64,000 nucleotides of DNA from Hyaloraphidium curvatum SAG 235-1 (GCA_025558095.1 JAIVFI010000017.1:558001-622000); one strand, 5' to 3'; shown: positions 46,473-59,217, counted from the stretch's first letter. Notes: generated by a model not told the origin, from the letters alone. A program made the numbers and translations.

Positions 46473-47102
46473 GCTGGCCCTACTGCTCTCCCTGCTGGCT
46501 TCCGCAAGGACCTCTGCCCTGCTGCCGGGCTTCTCTACCTCGGCTCCCTGAGACCGCTCGCACGCACCGGACACCTCTGGACTTGACTTTCCTGCACGAT
46601 CCTGATCATCATTGACACCAACTGCATCTCTCGGTCTCTGATACCACCTCTCCAGCTCCCGCACTCGCATTGCGGCTTTTATCTGCATCCCTTTGCCCAT
46701 TCCGTATCACGTGCCCGCCGCACCTCCGGTTTAAGCGCATCGTGGCCGGCGGCCCACCAGACATAGAGCCATAGAGCAATAGACTCGCACAAAGTTGATT
46801 GCCGACGTGGACAGCTGCTGGGGAGCTGAGTCGTGGGTGGACCCCGAAGCTGGGGGCTCGGGCACGGCAGGGCGGTCGGCCACCCCGGAACCGATCCAAA
46901 GCACAGAAACGCGATCCATAATGATGTCGCTCGGTAGCATTTTCTCCCAATAGCGTCGATCTTGAGTTGGCTTTGCGCGGCGGGGGTATCTTTTCGGCTC
47001 CGACTGGCGTGCTGCGGTTCCATTTCCTTTCCGGGCAAGCGTCTTTCGCACCCCCCTCTGCCGCTTCCCCGGCGCCGGGCCAGCCCGCCGGGGCGCGCCG
47101 CG

Positions 47103-48473
47103 ATGAGCACGACGACCAGCGCGTCCGCGACGGGGTCGTCGTCGACGACGGGAACGGCCAGCGTGTCGACGACCTCCTCGACGAGCCGCTCCTCGTCGGC
47201 CACCTCCTCCACGCGGTCGACGACCAGCATCTCGCTCAGGCCACCGCAGACGTCTGCCACGCCGTCTTTCACGCTGCCGACGCCCGCGCCGACGGCCACG
47301 GGGCTGCCGCCGCCGCTGGGCAGCGACCCGCTGCCGCCGGCCGTAATCGTCGGCATCGCGCTCGGCGCACTCGTCGGCTTCGCTTTATTGTTCCTGGGAA
47401 TTTCCTGCATAATCTACCGTCGCCGGGCAGCCCGTACCAAGGACGAAGAGAGCCGCCCGATGGCCCCGCGGCACGAGCCCGCGTCGCCGGCGCTCTCGTC
47501 GTCGTCGGGCGCGGCATCGGGGGACGCGTCGCCCTCGGGCGCATCCACGGCTGCGGCATCGGCGGCGCCGTCGCCCAGGCCCGAGATGGTGGAGCTGCCG
47601 CCGCCCCGAGGCGCCTCGGTTGCGGCCGGGGCATCCGCTGCTGCACAGGCTGCGCAGCCAGTGCAGCAGGCACCCGTGCAGACGATCGGCGTGCCGGCTG
47701 CCGCAGTTTTTGCGGCCGTTTCGCTCGCACGGACCGTCCCCACCGCCCCCGCGCCCTCCGTTTCGGCGACCGCACCGCAGCTCCCCACCCCCACCTCCCT
47801 CGCCGCCCCCGCCTCGACGCCCCCCGGCGCACCGTCCTCCCGCCCCATCCGCGAATGGACCGCCCTCCCCTCTCCAGCCCTCACCTCCTCGACCTCGGCC
47901 TCGCGCCCCTCCTCCCCCACCATCTCCTCCCTCTCGCTCCCCCCCGCCGCAGCGGACCAGTACAAGCCGCGCAACCCCACCCCCCTCTCCTCCACGATAA
48001 CCGCGCGCACCCTCGCGCTGGACGACGCCGTCCCCGACCCCGCGCTGCGCCGCGCGGTGCGGATGGGACTCAGGGCCGGGCCGAGCGGGGAGAGCGAGGC
48101 CGAGATGCTTGCGAGCGTGCAGCTGGCGATGAAGCTGCAGGAGCAGGCAGATCCGGGGAGCACGAGGGTGAGGGAAAAGGAGAAGGGGGAGACGCTGCCG
48201 CGCAAGGCGTCGGGGACCCTCACGGCGAACGGGCAGGCCAGCGGGTCCCTGCAGTCTGCAAAGGCGGTCGCGCAGCCGGCCAACGGGCAGGCGGTGCAGC
48301 CGGCCAAGGTCAACGGACAACCCACCGGGGCGCAGGCAGCGCAACCGGCAAAGGCCAACGGACAGGCGGCCGCCGTTCCTGCGCAGCCCGCGGGCTCTGC
48401 GGTGGTCGCCACCCCGTCCACGAAGAGCTCGACCGTGGTCATGACCCGCCGAGTTGGGTCTACCTCGGCCTGA
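47103..48473 (+). CDS. Single-pass membrane protein, S/T-rich N-terminus, low-complexity tail
   Basis: TM AVIVGIALGALVGFALLFLGISCIIY followed by RRR; no signal peptide seen. Confidence 0.7.
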   Translation: MSTTTSASATGSSSTTGTASVSTTSSTSRSSSATSSTRSTTSISLRPPQTSATPSFTLPTPAPTATGLPPPLGSDPLPPAVIVGIALGALVGFALLFLGISCIIYRRRAARTKDEESRPMAPRHEPASPALSSSSGAASGDASPSGASTAAASAAPSPRPEMVELPPPRGASVAAGASAAAQAAQPVQQAPVQTIGVPAAAVFAAVSLARTVPTAPAPSVSATAPQLPTPTSLAAPASTPPGAPSSRPIREWTALPSPALTSSTSASRPSSPTISSLSLPPAAADQYKPRNPTPLSSTITARTLALDDAVPDPALRRAVRMGLRAGPSGESEAEMLASVQLAMKLQEQADPGSTRVREKEKGETLPRKASGTLTANGQASGSLQSAKAVAQPANGQAVQPAKVNGQPTGAQAAQPAKANGQAAAVPAQPAGSAVVATPSTKSSTVVMTRRVGSTSA

Positions 48474-48776
48474 TAGACTGCACTGGGGGCTCCCGGGCCG
48501 GGGCCCCACGCGTGTATTTTGCTAATCTCTGTTGCGGTCTGGGCGATAGACCCGCTTTTGGACGGAACGAACGGGCGGCAACCGAGGTCCGGGGCAATCC
48601 AGCCCGCAGATCGGCGCCTCGATGTATGAAGACCACCCACTAATCCCCTGATGGTGGGGCTTGGACGATCTGCGCCGCATGTGATGTACAGCTCACAGCA
48701 GCTGTGGCTTGGGGTTGCCGCTGCCTGGACCCGTTCCAACTTGACTGACCGAGTTTCGAGCCAACCATCCGGCGCG

Positions 48777-51700
48777 ATGGCGACGCCTCCGCCGCGGTCG
48801 GGCTCGCGGCAGCAGCAGTACCCGGGCTACGAGATGCAGCCCGCCGCGCCGTACGCGGCGACGTCGCTGGCGGTGCCCGACGTGTCGGGTCTCAACTGGA
48901 CGTCGAACCCGCTCGCGTCGCCCGCGCCGGCGTCGCCCGCGCCGTCGCCGTACACGCCGGTGCCGCAGCGCGGCGTGCCGCTGTCGGCGCAGGGCGGCTA
49001 CGCGCAGCCCGTGCCGGCGGTGACCGTCTCGGCGTACCCGACCACGCAGCCCGTGAACGGCGCCGTGCCGCCCCGCAAGCGCCAGCAGTACGCCCCCGTG
49101 TTCGCGATCCCCAAGCGCACCGTGACCACGAAGAAGGTCGATCTCACGGAGAAGGGCAACCTGCAGAGTGGGTTCCGGTGGGCCCTGGCGATGGCGCCGC
49201 TAAAGTGCCCCCCGCACGCCAGTCGACCTGCCCGTGCCGTCCAAGCTGCTCCAGTTCGGCGAGATCAAGCGCGGCTGGGAAGTCGAGAACATGCGCTACA
49301 CCGCGGCCACTTGCGACCCCAACGACTTCCCACAAATGGGCTACACGCTGCGGCCCGCCGAGATGGGCAGGGAGACGGAGCTGTTCATCGTCATGACCAT
49401 GTACAACGAGGGCGAGGAGGAGTTTGTCAACACCATGGTGGGTTTCATCCACAGGACGCGTCGGGCGCGTGTGACCTCTCGGGCGGGCACAGCACGCCTG
49501 CATCATCAACATCAAGAACTTCCTCTCCCGCACAAAGTCGATGGTCTGGGGCCCCGACGCGTGGAAAAAGATAGTCGTGTGCGTCATCTCGGACGGCCGC
49601 AAGAAGATCAACGAGCGCACCAAGAATCTGCTGGCCGTCATGGGCTGCTTCCAGGAGGGCGTGATGAAGAACGAGGTCGCGGGGCAAAAGGTCACGGGGC
49701 ACATCTTCGAGTACACGAGCCAGGTGGACATCGACCTGAGCCTCCAGGCGACGGGGTCCGTGCCGGTGCAGATGATCTTTTGCCTCAAGGTTCGACCCCT
49801 GGCACGGCGCGCGCGTTGTTGTCATCTGATTCGATTTGGCCGACCACAGGAAGAGAATGCCAAGAAAATCAACTCTCACCGCTGGTTCTTCAACGCGTTC
49901 TGCCCCATCCTTCGCCCGCACGTGACGGTGCTCCTCGACGTCGGCACTCGCCCTCTGGACACGGCTCTGTACCACCTCTGGAAGGTCTTTGACCGGCACC
50001 CCAACGTCGGCGGCGCCTGCGGCGAAATCCGCGCCGACATCGGAACGTACTGGGAAAAGTGCTTTAGCAACTGGCTGGTCGCGGCGCAGAACTTCGAGTG
50101 TGGGTTCCTGCCCGCCCGTAATTCCGTTCACCTTCCTGATCCCGCGCCGCAGACAAGATGTCCAACATCCTGGACAAGCCCCTCGAGTCCTCGTTCGGCT
50201 ACATCTCCGTGCTCCCCGGCGCCTTCTCGGCCTACCGCTACCGAGCCCTGACCAACTACGCTCCCGACACCGGGCCGCTGGCGTCCTACTTCAAGGGCGA
50301 GGACCTACACTCGGGCAAAATCGACGGCGGCGTGTTCAAGAACAAGTGGGACCCGTTGCGCTTCGCGGTCGGATCTTCTCCTGACCGGCACGCCTCTCCC
50401 CAGCATGTATCTCGCCGAGGACCGCATTCTCTGCTTCGAGCTCGTCGCCAAGCCCGGCGAAGCCTGGCTGCTCCGGTACGAGCGCGACGCGGCGGCCGTC
50501 ACGGACGTGCCCGACGGCATCCCCGAGCTCGTCTCGCAGCGGCGGCGGTGGCTCAACGGGTCCAACTTCGCCGCGCTGTACGCGCTGCTCAACTGGGGCA
50601 AGATCTGGAAGTCGGACCACGGGTTCATGAGGAAACTGATGTTCATGCTCGAGGGGCTGTACCAGATCCTCGTCATGATCTTCAGCTGGTTCTCGATCGT
50701 GGGTTAAGGGCGGACCTTGCTTTGGCAGCCGCGGTAGCTAACACGGGAGACGCAACCCCACACCCACAGGCCAACTTCTTCCTCACCTTCTTCTTCCTCA
50801 TGCAAGCCTCGGTTCCCTCGACCACCGTCACCTCCGGCAACGTCGTCATCGTCGGCGACCCGAAACCTCCGTTCTTCGGCGCCGCCGAGATCGTCTTCCA
50901 GGTCCTCACCTGGATCTACCTGCTTCTCATGGCCACGCAGCTCATCATCTCGCTCGGCAACCGTCCGCAAGGCTCGATCAACCTGTACCGCCTCATCCTC
51001 GTCTGCTGGATGGGCATCATGGCCGTCATCCTTGCGCTGGTCGGCACCACGCTGTACCAGGTGTTCACCAAAGCAATGCAGCCGGGGACGAACCTCTGGA
51101 ACGAGCTGCTCAACGTGGGTTACGCTACCGGGCACGATTCGCGGCGGGGCTGACCTCGGTCGGCAGAACGCGACATTCAGGGCGACCATCCTCGGTCTCG
51201 GCAGCACCTACGGGCTGTGGATCCTCTGCTCGCTCCTCTTCATGGACCCGTGGCACATGATCAACAGCTTCTTCCAGTACATCATGCTGATGCCCTTCTG
51301 GGTTAACGTGCTGCAGACCTACGCCATGTGCAACACCCACGGTTGGTTAAACGATCTTCCTTACTTTCGGTTTCCGCTAACGGGAGGTTACAGACGTGAC
51401 CTGGGGCACAAAAGGCGACAACACGGGCGCGCACGACCTCGGAGGGGCCAAGAAGGCCGGCGGTGCGGCAGGCGGCGCCAAGGCCCAGGTCGAGCTGGAG
51501 CTGCCCGATGCGAACAACGCAGACGAGGCCAACACGACCTACAATGCGCTGCTCAATTCGCTCGAGGGGGGAATCCCGAAGAAGGAGCCTGGAAAGGTGG
51601 ACGCGAACACCAAGAGGGACGACGATTTCAAGGTCGGTTAGGGCGGATGTCCGGGCCGTGCTCCGAGACTGATCCCTCCCATGCAGCTGTTCCGCACGAA

Positions 51701-52070
51701 CGTCGTCCTCGTCTGGGTGTTCACCAACCTGTGCCTGATCATTGTCCTCACCAACCCCAAGATCCAGCAGCTCATGGTCTACAAGCCCATGATCGTGGAC
51801 CCCGCCACGGGCGAGATGATCCCTGACCCCAACGCCATCGGCTTCTCGGGCTACCTGGACTTCCTCTTCTGGGCGACGACCTTCTTCGCGGCCGTCAAGT
51901 TCATCGGCGCCATTTGGTACCTGCTCGTGCAGCAGCTGTTCGACAGGAAGGAGGACCCGGAGGACGCGCACATCGGTAGGTGGCGGGCGGCGGGCAAATG
52001 CAGGTCGTGTGCTTACGCAGAACTGGCAGGCAACGTGCTGGCCAAGAGGCCGGGTTTCAACGCCGCGTGA
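48777..52070 (+). CDS. CHS: Chitin synthase (division 1, class I-III type), multi-exon
   Basis: [58 protein letters not shown]; multiple TM helices. Confidence 0.96.
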
Positions 52071-52317
52071 GCGCGGAACTGCGGAGACTGGGGCGCCTTG
52101 GAAGCGGGGATGCGGATGTTTATCGCGTCTTGGGACGCTAGTTGTACATGTCAGTCATATCGAAGCATCGTCTTGAATCGTGTGGACCGTGTCTTTCGAG
52201 ACGGCGAGGAGGGTGATGAGGCGGGGAAACTCTCAACGGTTTGAGAGCCGACCTTCGCGAAATCCAACGAGCAGCCCCGCCGCCGTCCGGCCCTCCCAGT
52301 TCTCGGCATCAAGTCAC

Positions 52318-54778
52318 ATGGACGCCACCAACCTGTTCTCTAAGCCTCTGGGGGAATACCTCACCGCCGCCTTCGTGGCGGCCGGGATGAAAACCGAGCG
52401 CGCGGGCGAAGTCGCCCGTGAAGTCGCTGCCGCCCTGCCCGGAACCTCGACCGCCCTCGACCTCTGGACCCTCGCCCTCGACAACGTATGTTTGCCCCAT
52501 TGCTCGGTAGCCGTGGGCTGACGTGGACACCACCAGGCCGCGTGGAAGCAGATCCCCTTTAAGTCCAAAGTTCTCGGCTTTGTCCTCACCCGGGTCGCGG
52601 CCACGACGGCCGAAGATGCCCGCACCGCCAAGATCCCTGCCCAAGAGCTGGCCAAGATGGCCGTGGACAAGTACATCGGCCTGCGGGTCCTGCTCTCGAG
52701 CAGCGACAAGGAGGCCGTCTGCCCGCTGCTGTCCGACCTGCAAGACACGGCTGTCCTGGCCGAAATTCCGGTCAACGATGTGAGTAAGATGTTTGAAAGT
52801 CGACTTGCTCGAGTTCTCAGACCCAGGGCTTCCTGGCAGTTGCTCGGCGAGTTCCCCGAGAACGGAAACGCAGTTGCCCAGATCTTTGCCGCACTGCGCA
52901 GGGACGGCCTCCTGGACAAGTCCAATGACAACTCATCCGCGTCCGCAAACGCGATGGAGAGGGATGACCAAGAGCTCGAGCCTGCCGTAGGGCCGATGGG
53001 GGCGCAGTTCTCCGGCCAAACCCCGAAGGATTCGTCGTCTCCCTCTGCCCACCGAGGCTACGTGGATGAAGGTCCCAATGAATCAGACGACGAAGCCATG
53101 GAGCTCGATGCGGGTAGTGTTTCAAAGTGGGAATGCTCGGTTCTTGCTATTGGGATTGGAGTTGATATCTCCCGCTCTCCGCAGCCACCGGGGAAACCGC
53201 CCTGGATCTGCCCCGCCCGTTCGCCGCTCGAGCACCGTGGAAGCGCGCCAAGTCAACAACGAAGCCGACCAAGTGGCCATGACTGTGCAGGAGCTCGAAA
53301 CCAAAATCAACGCCGTCTCCGCCAAGCGCGACAAGAAGATCACCCTTGGGGACCTTGAAGCCGTCTCCGGAGTCTTCAGCTTCGATCCGGCCCCGCCGGC
53401 CGAGCTTCTCCAGACTGTTGCCGATATTTTGGGTCGCGCCTGGCAGCATCGTGGCACCCCACTCGCACGTCGCACGCTCAAGAAGCTCCTGAACCTGCTG
53501 AAGGACGCCCGTGCCGATCATACGCTCACGGTCCGCTTGCTGGAGGCGGCTGCCAGTATGTGTCACCGCTGCGCACCTAACGGTGCCGAAGTCGCCATCC
53601 AGGAAGGGGTAATGTCGCACGTTGCCGGAAGCCTGCTGGACAGCTACGTATCCGGCGGCAACCACGCCGGCACGCTGGCGGCGCTGCGTTTCCTCGATGC
53701 CGTGACAACGGACCACGATTGCGCAAAGCAGTTCGCAAGGCTGCCCGCGTTCGGATTGCTCGCACGGGCCGTGGCGGCCGACGATGGATCTGGCCGGTTC
53801 CGCTTCTGCGTTGCGGGCATCGTTGCCGGGACGGCCAGCCGCATGCGCAAGGCGTACCCGCAATTGATGGATGGCTGGATTGCGGACGGCGCGGCCCAGG
53901 TCGTGCTGGATTGTCTGGTTTGGGCCGCGGCCAACAAGGACGTTGAGCTTGCCCATGCGGTTGCTAGTCGCTCCGTCGAAGCACTCGCAGATGGACTCGC
54001 TGCTTCCCGTCCTGTGGCAAAGGAAGCGTTTTGGACGATCAAGGACCAGCTAGTCGACACGCTTGCCCGCGCGGAAGCGGTATTTGAGGAAGCGCGTTGG
54101 GAGCATGGCATCAACAAGCTTCTCGATCGCGTGGAGGAGCCTTTGGAGGACTACGAGCAGCGCTTGGATAGCATTCGGATCGAGCTCGGCAAGGGACCGG
54201 TCAAGAAGCCCAATGTAAACCAAGCGGGAGAGCGTGATGGGCTTGGGACGGCGTCTGCTGGATCGGCGGACGATGCCTTCGCTGATGAGCCGGTAACATA
54301 TGGCCACGATCGGCCCGTTCAAGGGCGCATCTTCTTCTCCCCTCTTTCCCGGTGGTATCCAAAGGACACGTGCGGCGCTCCAGAGATGGATGTCTCGCAG
54401 TTCTATGTGCAAAGCCGTGTCATTTCTGATGGACCCACGTCTGACGGCACTTGGGGATGCAAGTATGCAGCTTTTCTCAATCTCGATCCTGTTTTTGAGG
54501 ATGATGCAGAGGATTCGCTTGTGGTCCAGCCAGAGAACACGCAATGGATCAGACCCGAGGACGAGGACGTCGCATGGGACACCATCCCTCCTGGAGCCCT
54601 CCTGGTGAGCTGTGAAGAGTTTCGAGACGCAGTTGAGAAGCAGGCATGGCCCAAGGTGTATTCCAAGAGGCTGGAGAAGCTGGAGAGCTTGCGGGCTTCT
54701 GGTTCTCGGCCTCAGGGCACTCGCAAGCGGCGGCGGTCGCAGAGCAACGACGGCAGTGGGCCATCATGGGCCGACTAA
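52318..54778 (+). CDS. Hypothetical multi-exon protein with an alpha-helical (ARM-like) region
   Basis: Successive ORFs joined by GT-AG introns; long helical exon ~53185-54778; no diagnostic motif. Confidence 0.55.
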
Positions 54779-55033
54779 GCTCGCAGCCAAAACTAAAAGA
54801 AACCACGTTGTATTTACGTTGCAAAGTGCGCGCGATCTGCAGTTTCTGGCTAGAGATCCGTCTTCCGATCTGATCTCGTCGATTTGTCGATATCCTACTG
54901 GGTTGATTTCCTACTCCATTCAAGTCCATCGGGCTCAGCAGCTGATGGCACACCGACTGGACCATGGGTAGTTCCACACAGAAGAATTGCTGCTTGCGAA
55001 CGGTGTGTGTTTCCGATGGTAATCTATGGCTTC

Positions 55034-57121
55034 TCACCAGAGAAAGCAAGCTCGCTTTTGATTCGGCGCGCCGATTCCGCCGCAAACTTCAGTCCTCGCT
55101 CCGCGGCCACCGCATACAGCCTCTGCGCCTCCGAGATGTCCCTGGAACTCCCTAGCCGTGCTCATGGAAGAATCCGAGGCCGTGCTGAGCGGCTGCAGAG
55201 CCCTTGTCGGCCGCCATCCGGATCCTTCGACGAGATCCTTCGCGACGACGTCCCCGCATTCGTAGCACGTTCCAAGGTTGAGCATAGCCTCCGCGCAGCC
55301 CTGATCCGCCGCCTCTCGGAAGCAACGGACGGCTTCCTTGAGATCTGCCGCCACGCCCTGCCCGATCCGGTAGCACTCCCCGAGCCTGCTCTGGCTCTGC
55401 GCGTGGCCCTTCTCTGCGGCTTTCATGAGCCAGGCAGCACCTTCCGCGGCATCACCAAGAGCGCCCCGACCCTCCAGGAGGCATGCCGCGAGGTTGTGCT
55501 GGGACGCGAGGTGGCCTTGCTCTGCCGCCAGTCGGAACCATTTGCAGGCCTCCGAAGGGTCCTCCTCAACCCCGCGTCCTTGAAGGTATCGAACTCCCAG
55601 ATGGAACTGAGCCGCCTTGTGACAGCTCTCAGCAGCCTTTCGGTTCCACTTCGCAGCTTCTCCAAAATCTTGCTTCGCGCCAGACCCACTGTTGTAGGCA
55701 CAAGCCAACTGATGCTGGGCCCCCACGTGGCCCTGCTCCGCCGCCTGTTGAAACCACCGAACGGCCTCATCAAAACTTCGGGTGGAACGGTAGGTCGCCA
55801 GAGCAAATTGGGCATCGGCAAAACCTTGCTTTGCGGCGCGCGCGTACCACCACATTGCGTCTTCAATATCAAGATCGACTCCGGTGCCAGTCTCGTAGCA
55901 CCGTCCGAGGTTGAACTCAGCACGAGGGAAACCTTGCTGCGCGGCCTTGCTGAACCACTTGACAGCCTCCACGTGGTCCACAGCAACGCCCACGCCTTTC
56001 TGAAAGGACTCGCCAATGGCGTTCTCGGCCGCCGAGCTGCCCTTGTCGGCGGCCCTCCGCCAGATCACCATGGCTTCGGCAGCGTCCATTCCGACACCGT
56101 CCCCGCGGGCATAGCAGTCTCCCAGATTGAACGGTGCAGGTGCCAGTCCTTGCTCTGCTGCCGCACGAAACAGGCGCACGGCTTCGGCCTGATCCGTGGG
56201 CACACCGCGTCTCCGACGGAGGGCAAGTCCGAGGTCGTTCTGGGCTTTGGCATTGCCTTGGTCCGCGGCTTTCGGAAACCATCGCACCGCTTCCGCATGA
56301 TCCAGAGAGACGCCCTCGCCGCCGAGGTAGCACTTCGCAAGCTGGAACTGCGCCCTCGCGTGGCCCCGCTCTGCTGCCTCGAGGAACCAGCTCGCGGCCT
56401 CGCCGAGGTCCTTGGCAACGCCGCGGCCCAGCCGATAGAAACTTGCAAGCTCGTACTGGGCCTACACGTGGCCTTGTTCTGCCGCAACAAGGTAGTGTTT
56501 TGCAGCTTCGGTGAGGTCCACGGCCAGCCCGAAACCGCTGTGGTGGCAGACTGCAAGGTTGTATCGAGCCTCCACGACGCCCTCGTCGGCCGCTTTGCCG
56601 TACCACATGACAGCCTCTCTGTAGTCCTGCGGAACTCCGATGCCATTTGCAATGCAGTTTCCGAGCTTTGCCATGGCCATTCTGGTGCCCCCGGCCGCGG
56701 CCAACCTCAGCAGCCGGACGCGTTCGACCGGATCGTTCGCACCGCCACGACCAGATCTAATCCTTGCACCAAGATTAGCATGAGCTTCAACGTGGCCCTG
56801 GTCCGCCGCTTTTCGGTACCACAGGACCGCCTCTTCTTGGTCCTCGGGGACCCCGTCCCCCTTTCCATAGCAACCCGCCAACTTGAACTGGGCTCTAGCG
56901 TGGCCTTTTTCGGCAGCCTTGCGAAGCCACTGAGCTGCCCTTATCGGGTCCTTCTTCGTCCCTTTTCTCTCCTGGAGGCGCACGGCGAACTGGCACTGCG
57001 CCTCGGCGTCGCCGCCCTCCACGAGCGTCCGCAGCTCCCCGAGCAGCAGCCGGCGGAGGTCGCGGGCTTCAATAGCCATCGCTTCGGGTTGCGGCTCTCC
57101 TGCACCGAGATTCGGTCCCAA
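55034..57121 (-). pseudogene. Sel1-like repeat protein, disrupted
   Basis: Many A..W..KAA.QG...AQ..LG..Y..G.GV repeats; in-frame TAG at 56462-56464; frameshift near 55220. Confidence 0.88.
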
Positions 57122-57140
57122 CGCGCGAAGATCCGAGTCC

Positions 57141-57457
57141 GTTCACCCTGGAGGAAGCGGTGCACAAGATGACGGGCCTGCCGGCGCGCACGTTCGGGTT
57201 CGAAGGGCGCGGGGAGCTACGCGAGGGCTGCCACGCGGACCTGGTGCTGCTGGATCCGGAGACGGTGGGGGACGCGGCGACGTTCGAAGACCCGGTGCGG
57301 GCCAGCGAGGGGATCGCGATGGTGCTTGTGAACGGGAAGGTGGCATGGGAGGGGGGAAGGGCGGTGGAGCGGGCGGGGCGGCGGCTGGCCAGGACCGCGC
57401 CGGCGCCGCCCGGTGCGCTACTGTGATCTCATGCGGTGTACGTGGCTGCATTGGGTA
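57141..57457 (+). pseudogene. Inverted partial duplicate of the D-aminoacylase 3' end
   Basis: Near-identical to the reverse complement of ~42426-42742 (FTLEEAVHKMTGLPA...PGALL* plus 3' flank). Confidence 0.92.
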
Positions 57458-57783
57458 CGGATTGCTTCCGGACTAAAATGGGATTGAAAGATGAGGATGG
57501 TATCGGCTCGCGATTGTTGAATCCGATCAGGCTTGGAACTTTATTGGAACGGCACGCGAATCGGAGTTGGAATGGCGTTGATCGGGATTACGGGATCGGC
57601 TCGCTCCTGTGTGATGCTGGCGAGAAGTAGGATCTACATTACGAACTTGGAGCGCACCGGACCGCTGGCGATCTCGCGGATCAACTTGGCGGGCGGAGTT
57701 CGCGGGCTCGGCGCTGCCTGCGATCAATTTGTCCACCGGCCCGGCCGACGTCGTCGCGCAACATCGCCGAGCGGAACAGCAGA

Positions 57784-59217
57784 ATGGGCGGCCCGCCAGC
57801 CGGGCTCACTGCTCCCGAGCTCCTCGCCTTGTTCCCATTTGCGGTCCCGCTTCCGCCAGGAGACGCGTCCGTCGGGGACAGCGGCGCGCCCGAGCTTGAT
57901 GAGGCCGCGGCTCTTCGGGCCGCCGAGCCCATCTCGGAGGCCGCGCTCCGCGCTGCACTGGCCGGAAAACCCGCCGCACAATTGGTCGCGGCTGCGCAGA
58001 TCGCGCTGGCGCGGCTGCACCGGTGGTACGCGTTCCTTGCGGTACCGATGCTCCTCGCCTGTTCGGTCACAATCGCCCCGGTCTTTGCGTTCAACGGTGC
58101 CGGCGTGCTCTTTCCGCAGCGGAGCCTCGTCGCCCAAGCCGTAATTCGTGCCGCCTTGTTCTCCCTCGCTATGGTCTCGGCAATCATCACCCAGGTCGGA
58201 TCGCGCGGCCTGGCAGCGCAGTACCGTTCCCCCGACCGCCGCAAAGCGTCGGACGACCTGTCGGCCCACCCTTATGCAGGCGTGGTGCGTTGGGCGCAGC
58301 TCGTCGGCGCCGGTGGCTCCAAACTGGTCGAGCACGCGCCGGGCGCATTCTGCCCGTGCCCGGACTGCGCTGGAAACCTCCCGGAAAAAGCCGCGGCCGC
58401 CGTTCTGGGATTCTACGTATGCTATCTCCCAGTGGACATGTTTGTGTGGTTCACCGCGGCCTGGACGGCAGCCGTCACTTTCGCGGGGCCCACGTGGTCG
58501 ACGCCCTGGAGCGCCTTCGTAACCGGCACCTACATCGCAGTCCAGGTCTTTTACTCCCTGGCTGTGCACCTGCCGAATCAGATCAACTCGCACCCACCCA
58601 TGGCCCTGCTGCACCGCCTCAGGCATCGCGCAGTGTTGCTGCTGCTCCGGGATCTCGTTGCCCGCCTCCAGTCGCAGCCCCCGGACGCCGAGCAGCCGAC
58701 ACACCTTTCTTCGGAGCCCTACGTCTCGCTGCACCGCGCTCTCTCCGCTTCGTGGGCCAGCCACCTCGCGGCCGCCTCGATGGGTCGGTGGTTCCACATT
58801 TTCGCCGGCACATTTTGCGCGCTCTGCGCCGTGGTCTCGGCCCTCGTCTCCGGTTGCGTCCCTGTGTTCTACCTGCTCTGCCTCGTCATCGGCATCTACA
58901 CCGTGCGGGACCTCGCCCTCGTCGCAGTCTGGAACGCTGGCATCTCCTCCGTCCGCGCGCTGTATGCCTCGGCCGCCACGGAGCTCCTCGGCATCGGCAC
59001 TCCGCCTGCGGCCCGCCACGCGGAGCTGTTGCGCACCCTGGCCGCCCAGGACGCACGGGGGCGCTGGCTGGGCGTCGGCGTTGACTACGGTGTCGTGAGG
59101 ACGGTCGCGGCGACGGCGTTCACGGTCTTGGTGGGCCTGGTGACGCTTGCAAAGGGGGCAGGGGTCGCGTTTGTCCTGGACTGCGCTTGCGGGCGGGTGC
59201 CCGTGGGCCCCTCGTGA
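57784..59217 (+). CDS. 7-TM CPCxxC-family membrane protein, paralogue E (intronless)
   Basis: LTAPELLALFP, LVEHAPGAFCPCPDCAG, WSTPWS, PYVSLH, RGRWLGVGVDYGVVRTVAATAFTVLVGL. Confidence 0.85.
   Translation: MGGPPAGLTAPELLALFPFAVPLPPGDASVGDSGAPELDEAAALRAAEPISEAALRAALAGKPAAQLVAAAQIALARLHRWYAFLAVPMLLACSVTIAPVFAFNGAGVLFPQRSLVAQAVIRAALFSLAMVSAIITQVGSRGLAAQYRSPDRRKASDDLSAHPYAGVVRWAQLVGAGGSKLVEHAPGAFCPCPDCAGNLPEKAAAAVLGFYVCYLPVDMFVWFTAAWTAAVTFAGPTWSTPWSAFVTGTYIAVQVFYSLAVHLPNQINSHPPMALLHRLRHRAVLLLLRDLVARLQSQPPDAEQPTHLSSEPYVSLHRALSASWASHLAAASMGRWFHIFAGTFCALCAVVSALVSGCVPVFYLLCLVIGIYTVRDLALVAVWNAGISSVRALYASAATELLGIGTPPAARHAELLRTLAAQDARGRWLGVGVDYGVVRTVAATAFTVLVGLVTLAKGAGVAFVLDCACGRVPVGPS

Noticed and set aside
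54884-57172. 762-aa plus-strand ORF
   Set aside because: Antisense shadow of the Sel1-repeat gene.
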